Origin: Candidatus Heimdallarchaeota archaeon
GTDB taxonomy: Archaea; Asgardarchaeota; Heimdallarchaeia; Heimdallarchaeales; Heimdallarchaeaceae
Length of the DNA stretch: 56,328 nucleotides
Assembly: GCA_030668825.1 (NCBI GenBank)
Contig: DAOVET010000007.1
Location: forward strand, 1-56,328
Reading direction: 5' to 3'
The position numbers were made by a program, and so were the translations under genes. The notes beneath the pieces were generated by a model. It did no database searches. It was given only the letters and a program-made list of their open reading frames with translations, and was not told the origin of the DNA. This document shows positions 30,112-39,147 of this stretch, in pieces (the first letter of the stretch is position 1; each line of letters begins with the position of its first letter).

Positions 30112-30627
30112 ATGAAAGATGTTCTAAAGAGTATAAGGGAGATTGAAGAGAACATTGAAGAAGTTTTGAACACATATGAGATAAAAGAGGAAAATAAAAA
30201 AGCCTTAGAATTGTATAAGAAATTAGAAATAGAAGCTGCACGGAATTCAGAAGATGAAATTACTCTCGCTAGATCAGTATTTTCATCTGCTATTCAGAAT
30301 ATCTCTTCAGGGAATATAAATGAGGAAACTCTACTGCTTGAAGAAGCTTTACAGGAGTTCAATAAAGGAAATTCTTTTGATCATAAGCAGGGAGCAGGAT
30401 GGATTTGGATCATTCGAGCAGATATTATGAACGCAGGAATAACTGAAGCAGATCATGAAGAGATAGTAGAAACCTGTAATAAAGCTATAAAAATATAAGA
30501 ACCAATTAACAATTGGCAAGGACTAGTTAGAGCATATCAAGCTAGAGCTACAGTTCATAGAAAAAACAATCTTCAAGATTTAGCTGAAAAAGATGAAAGA
30601 AAAGCTGAAAGCTTCAAGCCTGAGTAA
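30112..30627 (+). pseudogene. TPR-like protein interrupted by an in-frame TAA at 30496-30498
   Basis: The frame continues after the stop as EPINNWQGLVRAYQARATVHRKNNLQDLAEKDERKAESFKPE, completing a TPR-like helix pair. Confidence 0.65.
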
Positions 30628-30823
30628 TAAAAGAATTTCTTCTTGCCTATCCTGTTTTTTACTTTTCTAACTATAACTAGGTGGAAGAAATGGGTAGCAG
30701 ACTCTCTGAAGAGAAACTCAAACAGAAATATGTTACACAATTTGGTTTAACTACAATATTGTCATAGATAAACCTTTAATATTACGGACAATTGACGGTT
30801 TTTTAGAATCCTATCTTTGTTGG

Positions 30824-32203
30824 GTGACAATTATGAGTGAAAAACAACTTACAAAAGAAGAATTATTAGCAAAAGCTGAAAAACCTGCAAAAGACGCTTT
30901 GAAACTTCATCCTTTCTACCAAGGGAAGATTCAAGTTGTACCTAAATGCAGCATTTGGGATTTTTCAGCATTTGGAGTTTGGTATACTCCTGGAGTAGCA
31001 GCAAGCTGTAGAGCTATAGAAGCTGACCCAGCTGAATCATTCAGACAAACTAATCGTGCTAATACCATCGCAGTAGTAAGCGATGGAACTCGTGTTCTTG
31101 GACTTGGTGACATCGGTCCTGCGGCTGGGCAACCTGTCATGGAAGGAAAAGCATTACTTTTCAAATACCTTGGAGGCGTTGATGCAGTCCCATTAAGCAT
31201 TGGAATGACTGATTCAAGACCAAGTGCAGAAGAAATAATTAATTTTGTAAAATTAATTCAACCTTCATTTGGAGGTATTAATCTAGAAGATATTTCTAAA
31301 CCAAAATGCTACAAAGTTCTTGAGACTTTAAGAAATGATCCAGAAATAACAATTCCTGTGTGGCATGATGATGCTCAGGGAACAGCTTCTGTCGTCACAG
31401 CAGGCGTTATTGGAGCAGTTAAACACCTTGGTAAGGAACTTGATCAAATCAAAGTTGCTATGTTGGGTGTTGGTGCAGCTAACACTCGAACTGCTTATGT
31501 TCTAGAATCTGCTGGTGTTCCTCTAAAAAACATAACGATGGCTGATTCCAAGGGAATTATCTCTAAAGATAGACCTGACATCATAGAGCAAAAAGACTAT
31601 GATACTTTCAAGTATGACTTAGCTCAAAAAACTAATCCTGAAGGAAAAACCGGTGACTTTGGTGTTGCTACAGAAGGTGCTGATGTTATGATTTCAGCAT
31701 CCAAATCTGAACCAGGAACTGTTAAGCAAGAATGGATTTCTAGCATGGCATCTGACAGTATTGTTTTTGCTTGCGCCAATCCACTTCCAGAAATTTATCC
31801 TTGGGATGCAAAGGAAGCTGGTGCTAGAGTTATTGGTACTGGTCGAAGTGATTTCGATAACCAGATCAATAATAGTCTTGGTTTTCCAGGTATTTTTAGA
31901 GGTACTCTTGATGTTAACGCTTCTACCATCACCGACGAGATGTGTGTCGCAGCTGCTCAAGCTATTGCAAATATAGCTATTAAGAAAGGTCTCAGAGACG
32001 ATTATGTCATTCCAACCATGGACGATTGGGAGATCTTCCCCTACGTAGCATCTAAAGTAGGTATGAAAGCCATTGAACAAGGTGTTGCTCGTAAAGTATA
32101 TGAAGAAGACGAACTTTACAAAATGGCTCAAGAGAGAATCAAATATGCACGAGATCTTACCAAGAGTATGATGGATACTGGTTTTATCAAACCTAAAATC
32201 TAA
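30824..32203 (+). CDS. NAD(P)-dependent malic enzyme
   Basis: YTPGVA, SDGTRVLGLGDIG, VMEGKA, INLEDI, WHDDAQGT, ANPLPEI, TGRSDF.NQINN. Confidence 0.95.
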   Translation: MTIMSEKQLTKEELLAKAEKPAKDALKLHPFYQGKIQVVPKCSIWDFSAFGVWYTPGVAASCRAIEADPAESFRQTNRANTIAVVSDGTRVLGLGDIGPAAGQPVMEGKALLFKYLGGVDAVPLSIGMTDSRPSAEEIINFVKLIQPSFGGINLEDISKPKCYKVLETLRNDPEITIPVWHDDAQGTASVVTAGVIGAVKHLGKELDQIKVAMLGVGAANTRTAYVLESAGVPLKNITMADSKGIISKDRPDIIEQKDYDTFKYDLAQKTNPEGKTGDFGVATEGADVMISASKSEPGTVKQEWISSMASDSIVFACANPLPEIYPWDAKEAGARVIGTGRSDFDNQINNSLGFPGIFRGTLDVNASTITDEMCVAAAQAIANIAIKKGLRDDYVIPTMDDWEIFPYVASKVGMKAIEQGVARKVYEEDELYKMAQERIKYARDLTKSMMDTGFIKPKI

Positions 32204-32252
32204 AACTCTTTTTTCCTTTCTTTCTTTTTATTTCCTTTCCTTTAGCCTTTTT
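32204..32252 (+). terminator. Oligo-T (pyrimidine-rich) terminator
   Basis: ctctttttcctttctttctttttatttcctttccttt-type T tracts immediately after the malic enzyme stop. Confidence 0.55.
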
Positions 32253-32292
32253 CAAAGAACTTATATTGGAATTTCAGTATATTCTTACTTGA

Positions 32293-34179
32293 ATGTCTGA
32301 TAAGCACACTCTTACTGATTTCGAGGAATTCTTCGATATCACCCCTATGTCTATTATAATTGTTCAGGACATTCACAAAATTGTTTATGCTAATCGTTCT
32401 TTTTTAGATTCTACTGGTTATACTTTCGAAGATTTAGGTGAAATTACCCTTATCGATCTAATTCATGAAGATGATCGTCCTATAGTTCAAGAACGGATAA
32501 AGATTCTTGAATCAGGTGGGAAACCTGAGAAAACCTTGCAATTACGAATTGTTAGTAAAGATGGTAATGTTGCCCTTTCCAGGATTATTACTAATGACAT
32601 TATTTTCGATGATAAACCCTCTAGAATCTTAACAGGAATAAATATCAGTGCTAAACCACTCATTGAACAGTCTCCTGAGCTTGTTTCTTCATTACTCCAA
32701 ACACTTACAATCCACAGCGAACTTGGATTTTGGGTTGATGATATTAATGATCACACCGTTTTCATTAATGATAGAATGTGTGAGTATCTAGGTTATACAC
32801 TTGATGAAATAAGAACTCGTTCTGTAACAGACTTCTTCCATCCTAATTCACAAGAGCTTTATTATCAGGTTTTAAAGGAAAGAACTGAAGGGAAGTTAAC
32901 ATCCAGCTCCTATGAGCTCATTCTAATCAACAAAGAGGGACGTCCTAATACTTATCGAGTCGTTGGTTCTTTGTTATATGATAGATATGGAACGCCTATT
33001 GGTTCTGTTGGTTTTTTCACTAATATTGAAGCAACAAAGAAGCTTTCTCTAACTGTTTCTGTTCTTAACAAATATGCTCTTTTCTCTAGATTCAAAGACT
33101 TATCCTCTTTCTGGGAAAACGTTTTGCTTGATTTATCAGATATTTATCACGCAGATGGAGGTATGATCTTTTTAGATGGAGAAGTGCTAGCGAAACAGGG
33201 AAGCTTTGCTAAAAACTTTAATCCTCAAGATATCTTGGAAGATTTAGCAAAGAAAGGAGAAAACATCATCCATTGTCAGGGAAATTGTAAGCACGTTTAC
33301 AAAGAAGCTAATTCAGCAGTTATCTCAGTTTTACATTTAAATCAGCTTCCTGCAGGATTTATAATGTTAACTTCTAAAATAGAAAATCTATTCTACCCAG
33401 AAGATCTTGATCTAATTTTAGCTTTTTGCAGTCAAATTTCTCTTAATTATGAACATCACTTTTTATATCTTCAAAGTGAGGAAGAAAGAGATTTTGTTTC
33501 TATCCTTTTGGATATACTCTCACATGATTTTCTCAATGCAAATACTTCTGTTCATGGTTACCTTGAATTGTTGAACCAATATGTTGAAACGGAAGATACT
33601 GAGAAATTTAAGAACTATATTAAAAGGAGCATGAGTGTTGTTGAAAGAAGTGAAAGAATTCTTCAAACTGTTCAGCAGTTAACAAAAATACAAAAAGAAA
33701 GAAAAACTAAAAGGACAGTGATTATTAGACCAATTTTAGACAATGCTATTGATGTTCAGAAATCAATGTTTTACGATAAAACAGTAGATGTTAAAGTTAC
33801 TTGTACTAAGAATCTCAAAATAATTGCAGGAGATTTACTACAGAATGTATTTGAAAACATCATAAGTAATGGAATTAAGTACACTTATGATAAAGAAGTA
33901 AAACTAGAAATAGAGTGTATAGAAATACAAGAAGAAGATGAAAAATTAGTCGAAATAAAATTTATTGATTATGGGGTGGGGATTCCAGATAAAGACAAAC
34001 CGTTGTTCTTCAAAAGACTATCACGAGGAGATAACCGTTTTCAATCAGGTACTGGTCTAGGTTTATACATGGCAAGAGTTCTCATTAATTCCTACAATGG
34101 TATCATTCGTTTTGAAAACAGGATACAAGATGATCATACCAAGGGTTCAGCTGTAATAATAACACTTCCAAGAGGCTAA
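32293..34179 (+). CDS. PAS-PAS-(GAF-like) sensor histidine kinase
   Basis: Two PAS units, H-box SHDFLN, N-box NIISNGIKY, DYGVGI, GTGLGL. Confidence 0.9.
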   Translation: MSDKHTLTDFEEFFDITPMSIIIVQDIHKIVYANRSFLDSTGYTFEDLGEITLIDLIHEDDRPIVQERIKILESGGKPEKTLQLRIVSKDGNVALSRIITNDIIFDDKPSRILTGINISAKPLIEQSPELVSSLLQTLTIHSELGFWVDDINDHTVFINDRMCEYLGYTLDEIRTRSVTDFFHPNSQELYYQVLKERTEGKLTSSSYELILINKEGRPNTYRVVGSLLYDRYGTPIGSVGFFTNIEATKKLSLTVSVLNKYALFSRFKDLSSFWENVLLDLSDIYHADGGMIFLDGEVLAKQGSFAKNFNPQDILEDLAKKGENIIHCQGNCKHVYKEANSAVISVLHLNQLPAGFIMLTSKIENLFYPEDLDLILAFCSQISLNYEHHFLYLQSEEERDFVSILLDILSHDFLNANTSVHGYLELLNQYVETEDTEKFKNYIKRSMSVVERSERILQTVQQLTKIQKERKTKRTVIIRPILDNAIDVQKSMFYDKTVDVKVTCTKNLKIIAGDLLQNVFENIISNGIKYTYDKEVKLEIECIEIQEEDEKLVEIKFIDYGVGIPDKDKPLFFKRLSRGDNRFQSGTGLGLYMARVLINSYNGIIRFENRIQDDHTKGSAVIITLPRG

Positions 34180-34183
34180 AGAA

Positions 34184-34549
34184 ATGGCAACAATATTCAT
34201 AATAGACGATGAAGAAACCATTCAATTCCTCTATAAGGAAGGATTATCTCTTGAAGGACATAAAATTATAGGAACTGCACATGATGGCTCAAAAGCTATT
34301 GAGTTTATTAATAAAATGAAAAAACATCCTGATGTTATTATCCTTGATCACAGAATGCCAATTAAAAATGGTTTAGATACTTTAAAAGAGATGAGACGGT
34401 ACAAGATTATGGCAAAAACCAAAATTCTTTTTATTACAGCAGATCCTACTGTCAGAGAGGAAGCTAGTAAGCTCGGAGTGACTTCTTTTATCCAGAAACC
34501 ATTCAGCATTATAAAATTAGGTAAGATGATTAGTGAAATTGTTCAATAA
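34184..34549 (+). CDS. Single-domain response regulator (CheY-like)
   Basis: IIDDE, LDHRMP, ITA, KPF; 4 nt after the kinase. Confidence 0.92.
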   Translation: MATIFIIDDEETIQFLYKEGLSLEGHKIIGTAHDGSKAIEFINKMKKHPDVIILDHRMPIKNGLDTLKEMRRYKIMAKTKILFITADPTVREEASKLGVTSFIQKPFSIIKLGKMISEIVQ

Positions 34550-34635
34550 CTTACCTAAGAATTTTATCTGTTTTACTACTTTTGATAAAAGAACAATATT
34601 TTTATTTCATAACTATTTGTAGTAGGTGAGGAAAG

Positions 34636-35622
34636 ATGTTACTATTAGGTCCTACAGAAGATTTAGAAGAAGAGGAAGAACAGAGAGAAGGTCCTGTTGA
34701 AAAAGATTTAGGTATAATTGGACTTGGTCCTGCAGGTTTAACTGCAGCACTCTATGCATCTAGAGCAGGTTTGTCAGTAGTTGAAGTAGGTCTAGATTAT
34801 GGAGGACAAATGGGTTTAGCTATGGAAATAGAAAATTATCCTGGGTTCGAAATGATTACAGGGCTTGAACTTGCTGATAAGATGAGGGCTCAAGCTGAAA
34901 AATTTGGTACAAAAATAGTCTATGGAGAAGTTTCAACTGCAGAAAAACTAGAGGACGGCAAATTCTTTATTAAGAGTGATATGGGAGATTTTATCATTAA
35001 AGCCCTGGTTCTTGCAACAGGTGGTAGGCACAGAGAACTAGGAGTACCTGGAGAGAAGGAGTTTATCGGTAAAGGTGTTTCTTACTGTGCTACATGTGAT
35101 GCAGCTTTCTTTAAAGAAAAAACTGTTATCGTAGTTGGGTCAGGGGATGCAGCAGCAACAGGAACATTAGCTCTAAGTGATGTTGGAGCTAAGATGACTT
35201 ACTGGGTTTCAAGATCAGATTATCTTAAATGTGAAAAAATCTATATTGACAGAGCAAAAGAACGTAGTAATATAGCTATTCTTTACAAAAAGCAAGTCAC
35301 TGAAATTAAAGGTACTAACACAGTAGAAGAAGTTCTCTTTAGTGATGGAACTTCTCTGAAAGTTGATGGTATTTTCGCTGAAATTGGAGCTATCCCAAAC
35401 ATCGAACTAGCAGAATCTCTAGGATGTGAAATCGAAGATGGTTTAATCAAGATTGATGATGGCTGTCTCACAAACATTGCTGGAGTGTTTTCTGCTGGTG
35501 ATGTGACAAACAAAATAGTTAATCCACTTATGAGGCAGATTACTACATCAACAGGTTTAGGCACAATTGCAGCTCTTAGTGCAGCAGAATATATTCAAGG
35601 CTTAAAAACCAAACAATATTAG
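34636..35622 (+). CDS. trxB: Thioredoxin-disulfide reductase
   Basis: GLGPAGLTAA, IENYPG, GVSYCATCD, FSAGDV; AGGTGAGG RBS upstream. Confidence 0.9.
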   Translation: MLLLGPTEDLEEEEEQREGPVEKDLGIIGLGPAGLTAALYASRAGLSVVEVGLDYGGQMGLAMEIENYPGFEMITGLELADKMRAQAEKFGTKIVYGEVSTAEKLEDGKFFIKSDMGDFIIKALVLATGGRHRELGVPGEKEFIGKGVSYCATCDAAFFKEKTVIVVGSGDAAATGTLALSDVGAKMTYWVSRSDYLKCEKIYIDRAKERSNIAILYKKQVTEIKGTNTVEEVLFSDGTSLKVDGIFAEIGAIPNIELAESLGCEIEDGLIKIDDGCLTNIAGVFSAGDVTNKIVNPLMRQITTSTGLGTIAALSAAEYIQGLKTKQY

Positions 35623-35652
35623 TTAATAACAAAGATATGTAAGGATTTTTCC

Positions 35653-35811
35653 TTACGTTTTTAATTTTTCTTGTAATTTACTCACTTCTTTTCTATTTAG
35701 TGGATAGAACAACAGGATAACTATTCCTATAATTAGTGCACTTGCAGGAATGAGTGACATAAGAGATTTAAGCCCAAAAATTATTTGTGGCGTTACTACT
35801 GATGGTTCATA
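35653..35811 (-). pseudogene. C-terminal remnant of a GPH/MelB-type (MFS_2) sugar transporter
   Basis: YEPSVVTPQIIFGLKSLMSLIPASALIIGIVILLFYPLNRKEVSKLQEKLKT*, typical of the last TM helix and YPL motif of that family; an in-frame stop lies just upstream. Confidence 0.65.
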
Positions 35812-35915
35812 ACTGCCCAACCGTTAATACCAAAAATATACGGAATACCTCCTTTTATCAGATACTCTACTATTACTTCAGAACCAGTTAGCTTACTAGC
35901 TTCTTTATGAGACAT
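35796..35915 (-). pseudogene. N-terminal remnant of a thiamine-pyrophosphate enzyme (acetolactate synthase/IolD-like)
   Basis: MSHKEASKLTGSEVIVEYLIKGGIPYIFGING matches the TG.E..VE.L...G..YIFG.PG N-terminus of TPP enzymes, then stops after 39 aa. Confidence 0.65.
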
Positions 35916-35955
35916 TAAATAAAGAAAAAAAAAGGGATTTATAGCTGTATCTCGA

Positions 35956-36780
35956 TTAGAGCTCTTTAATACTCATACCTATTGTTTCGAATGATTCTAA
36001 GAGACTTGAGACAAGTTGAATTTGAAAATGTAAAGCGATTGGATGTTTTATGTTAATAAGAGCTGTACCAAATTCATCTATTTGAGGAAGAATCATATTC
36101 ATCGATGAACAGGACATATTCTCAAAGTCTACATCAACATAAAGAATAGAAGGTCTATTCGACATCAATCCTTTAAACCCATCTGATTTAACCAAGCGTT
36201 TAAAGGGAGGAGCTCTCATAAACACATTTTCTTTCACATCGAGATGAAGAATCTTAATTTTCGGATTTGTTTTCTTTCTATCTTTTAGTAGTTCTGAAAG
36301 TGTTTTCTCATGAACAGTGTTGGTCACTATAAGAATAACATTTTTCTCAATTTTACCAATCACAGTTTTTAAACCAGCAAAAACTGCTTTATCTCCTTCG
36401 AAATAAGAAAACAGGTCTTCAACTTCTCTGGTTTTTTGCAGATCTTTTACACCCTCAAAATACTTGGTTGCAGCTTTGATTTTTTCCGTAACTTCTTCTT
36501 CGAGAGACTCAATTACTAGCTCATATGGAACAGCTGTAAAAGTATCTGGTACTCCTTCCTTTGCTTGTCTAGTAACGAAAGTTCGTTGAATGAGATTTTC
36601 TAGATGACCATAGACTTTGGGTTGTGGAACTTTTGCTAATCGAGCAATTGTTGAAGCGTATGTAGGTCCTATTCCAACTAAAGCTGTATATGTCTTAGCT
36701 TCTCCAAGTGTTAAACCAAGACTTGTCAGTGCATTAATTGCTTCTTCTTTAGAAAAAGAGATAGGTTTGGTCCCTTTCAT
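35956..36780 (-). CDS. TrmB family transcriptional regulator
   Basis: LGLTLGEAKTY..L, AKVPQPKVY..LE.L, F.AVP. Confidence 0.88.
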   Translation of the reverse strand: MKGTKPISFSKEEAINALTSLGLTLGEAKTYTALVGIGPTYASTIARLAKVPQPKVYGHLENLIQRTFVTRQAKEGVPDTFTAVPYELVIESLEEEVTEKIKAATKYFEGVKDLQKTREVEDLFSYFEGDKAVFAGLKTVIGKIEKNVILIVTNTVHEKTLSELLKDRKKTNPKIKILHLDVKENVFMRAPPFKRLVKSDGFKGLMSNRPSILYVDVDFENMSCSSMNMILPQIDEFGTALINIKHPIALHFQIQLVSSLLESFETIGMSIKEL

Positions 36781-36789
36781 TTTTCACAC

Positions 36790-37962
36790 CTAATCTCTCA
36801 TTCTGTTCCTTACAGTTACAACCGCAAGTATGAAGAATAGTAAACACATTCCAGCTACAACAGTAAAATCTACCCATAGTTCTTTGAATCCCCATCCTTT
36901 AAGCATGATACCTTCAAATAGATTGATACCATATGTTAAAGGAACTACATAAGATAAAGGTTGTAACCATACTGGGAGACTGACTATAGGAACCAACATC
37001 CCACCGAGAGCCATGCTTGGAAGAGCTGTCAATGGAGCAAATTGTATTGCCTGCAATTCGTTCTGAGCGAAATTTGATAGAAATACAGCAAGAAAAACAT
37101 GAGCTATTCCAAAAATCAAAGCTGCAAAGATTAAAAGAAACACATTCCCATGCACTTTCACTCCAAACACAAGTACACCAAATATGAGTGTTAGTGAAAT
37201 CATCAATATTGCAATTAGTAACAAACCAATAACATAGCCTAATAGACGTTCTGAGGATCGAAGTGGTGTAGAATACAACCTATCTTGTGTTCCTTGTATT
37301 TTTTCTCTTGTAACAGTAATTGTACCCACGATCACTAAGAGGAAAATAATAACAAATGCTATTACAGATGGAATACCGACATCTAGACCAGTAAATTCAG
37401 CTCCATCATGAGCAAGAATCTGAACAAGTTTTATACCTCTGTCTCCAACAGCACTGTCGAGTGCATCATATATTGTACTCATGACGCTTGCTCTGATTGT
37501 AGGTTTCGTTGCATCAATGTAGACATAAAGTTGAATTGTAACATTCTCTCCTGTTAACATTCGAACCACAAGTTCAGAGAAGTTAGCTGGAATAAGTACA
37601 GCTGCATAAACATCTCCTAGTTCAACAGAATCGATTCCTTGATCATAATTTCCAAAAGTCACATCTACTCCATCATCAGCAACCAAATTATCTGTTATAT
37701 TTGGTCCTAGATGCAAACTAATTGGAGGAAATGGATTAGTATATAACACATCTTGGTTATCAATAATGACAGGCACATTTCTAACTTCCCCACTGAATGC
37801 TAAACCGAAAATTAGCATAATTACAATGGGAACGATTGACATAAGAGCGATAGTTCTCCTATCTCTTCGAAATTGATTCATAGTCCGAAAAGCTATTGCC
37901 ATTGTTCTTCTGAGAGAAAAGTTTAGATTCTTCGGTTTCAGATCAACATTCTTCTTACTCAT
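36790..37962 (-). CDS. ABC-2 type transporter permease
   Basis: RDRRT, REKIQGT..RL.STPL, LPVWLQ..SY..PLTY. Confidence 0.9.
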   Translation of the reverse strand: MSKKNVDLKPKNLNFSLRRTMAIAFRTMNQFRRDRRTIALMSIVPIVIMLIFGLAFSGEVRNVPVIIDNQDVLYTNPFPPISLHLGPNITDNLVADDGVDVTFGNYDQGIDSVELGDVYAAVLIPANFSELVVRMLTGENVTIQLYVYIDATKPTIRASVMSTIYDALDSAVGDRGIKLVQILAHDGAEFTGLDVGIPSVIAFVIIFLLVIVGTITVTREKIQGTQDRLYSTPLRSSERLLGYVIGLLLIAILMISLTLIFGVLVFGVKVHGNVFLLIFAALIFGIAHVFLAVFLSNFAQNELQAIQFAPLTALPSMALGGMLVPIVSLPVWLQPLSYVVPLTYGINLFEGIMLKGWGFKELWVDFTVVAGMCLLFFILAVVTVRNRMRD

Positions 37963-38710
37963 CGATAATCACTCCTTCACTAAGTTTGATGAATATCTCT
38001 TCAATACTATCAGCATTATGTTTATTCCTCAATTCTGATGGGGTACCTTCTGCAATGAGCTTACCTCCTCGCATTAAACCAATCCTATCTGCTCTTTCAG
38101 CTTCATCCATTACATGGGATGTAATAACTAAAGTTATCCCGTCTTCTTTTAGGGAATGAAAATACTTCCAGAAAAAAGTTCTAAGAACTGGATCTATACC
38201 TACTGTTGCTTCATCAAAGAAAACGATTCTTGGATTGTGAATTAATGCACAAGCGATACTAGTTCTTCTTTTCATACCACCGGACAGATTCTTTGCAAGA
38301 GCTTTTCTTTTCTCTTCTAATCTTAAAATATTAAGAAGTTCGTTAAAACGAGGTTCAAATTCAGCTTTGGTCATACCATAAATTCTAGAGAAAAACCTAA
38401 CATTCTCTTCTAGACTTAAATCATAGAATATGGAGTAATCTTGTGGAGCTATTCCAATGTAATTTGAGATTATTCTTCGATGTTTGGGTACATTATACCC
38501 GAGAACGCGAATATTCCCTGAAGTAGGAAAGAGTGCCCCAGAAATCATATTTAGAGAAGTAGTTTTTCCACTACCATTTGCACCAATTAAAGCATATATT
38601 TCTCCTTTTTTGATTTTAAGATTTAGACCATCAACTGCCTTAACTTTACCTGTTTTGTATATTTTAACAAGATCTTGAGTTTCAATTACATACTCACTTT
38701 CAATAGCCAA
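37955..38710 (-). CDS. ABC transporter ATP-binding protein
   Basis: GANGSGKT, LSGGM, FFDEAT, TSH; TTG start preceded by AGGTGAT RBS (38714-38720). Confidence 0.95.
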   Translation of the reverse strand: MAIESEYVIETQDLVKIYKTGKVKAVDGLNLKIKKGEIYALIGANGSGKTTSLNMISGALFPTSGNIRVLGYNVPKHRRIISNYIGIAPQDYSIFYDLSLEENVRFFSRIYGMTKAEFEPRFNELLNILRLEEKRKALAKNLSGGMKRRTSIACALIHNPRIVFFDEATVGIDPVLRTFFWKYFHSLKEDGITLVITSHVMDEAERADRIGLMRGGKLIAEGTPSELRNKHNADSIEEIFIKLSEGVIIDE

Positions 38711-38723
38711 TTTATCACCTTCA

Positions 38724-38809
38724 AGTAGTAAACTAAACGATTACTACTACCATTGACAGTAGTAACAATAATAATAAATCTTTCTCACAACTACTACCAA
38801 AGAGAGTAG
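38724..38809. promoter_or_regulatory. Putative TrmB-family operator array CTACT-N9-AGTAG flanking a BRE/TATA-like element
   Basis: TTACTACT-N9-AGTAGTAA at 38741-38765, CTACT-N9-AGTAG at 38791-38809, half-site AGTAGTAA at 38724-38731; minus-strand GAAAGATTTATTA lies between the full sites. Confidence 0.65.
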
Positions 38810-39147
38810 CGACAAATATATTCAACCATTCATGCCAAAATCTTAAGAGTTTAATTAATTATTATAATTCATGAAAGAAATGTCTTCAATTGTCAGAAAA
38901 CATTTCAAGAACTTCGAAATAAAGAATATGATAGAATGAAATGGACCTAGAAAAAACGTTAAGTTAATCCACCTAATTTAAGTACAATGACCAGAAATTA
39001 TTTACACACAATTTCATAGGTCTTTTCTTTATTTGTTTAGTATTTTATTTGATGAAATCTGAGATTCATCTCAGCAAATGTTTCGTTTCACACAACTTTT
39101 CATAATATAGAAATTTCAAATATTCATCTGTATAGGAGGTTATTCAA

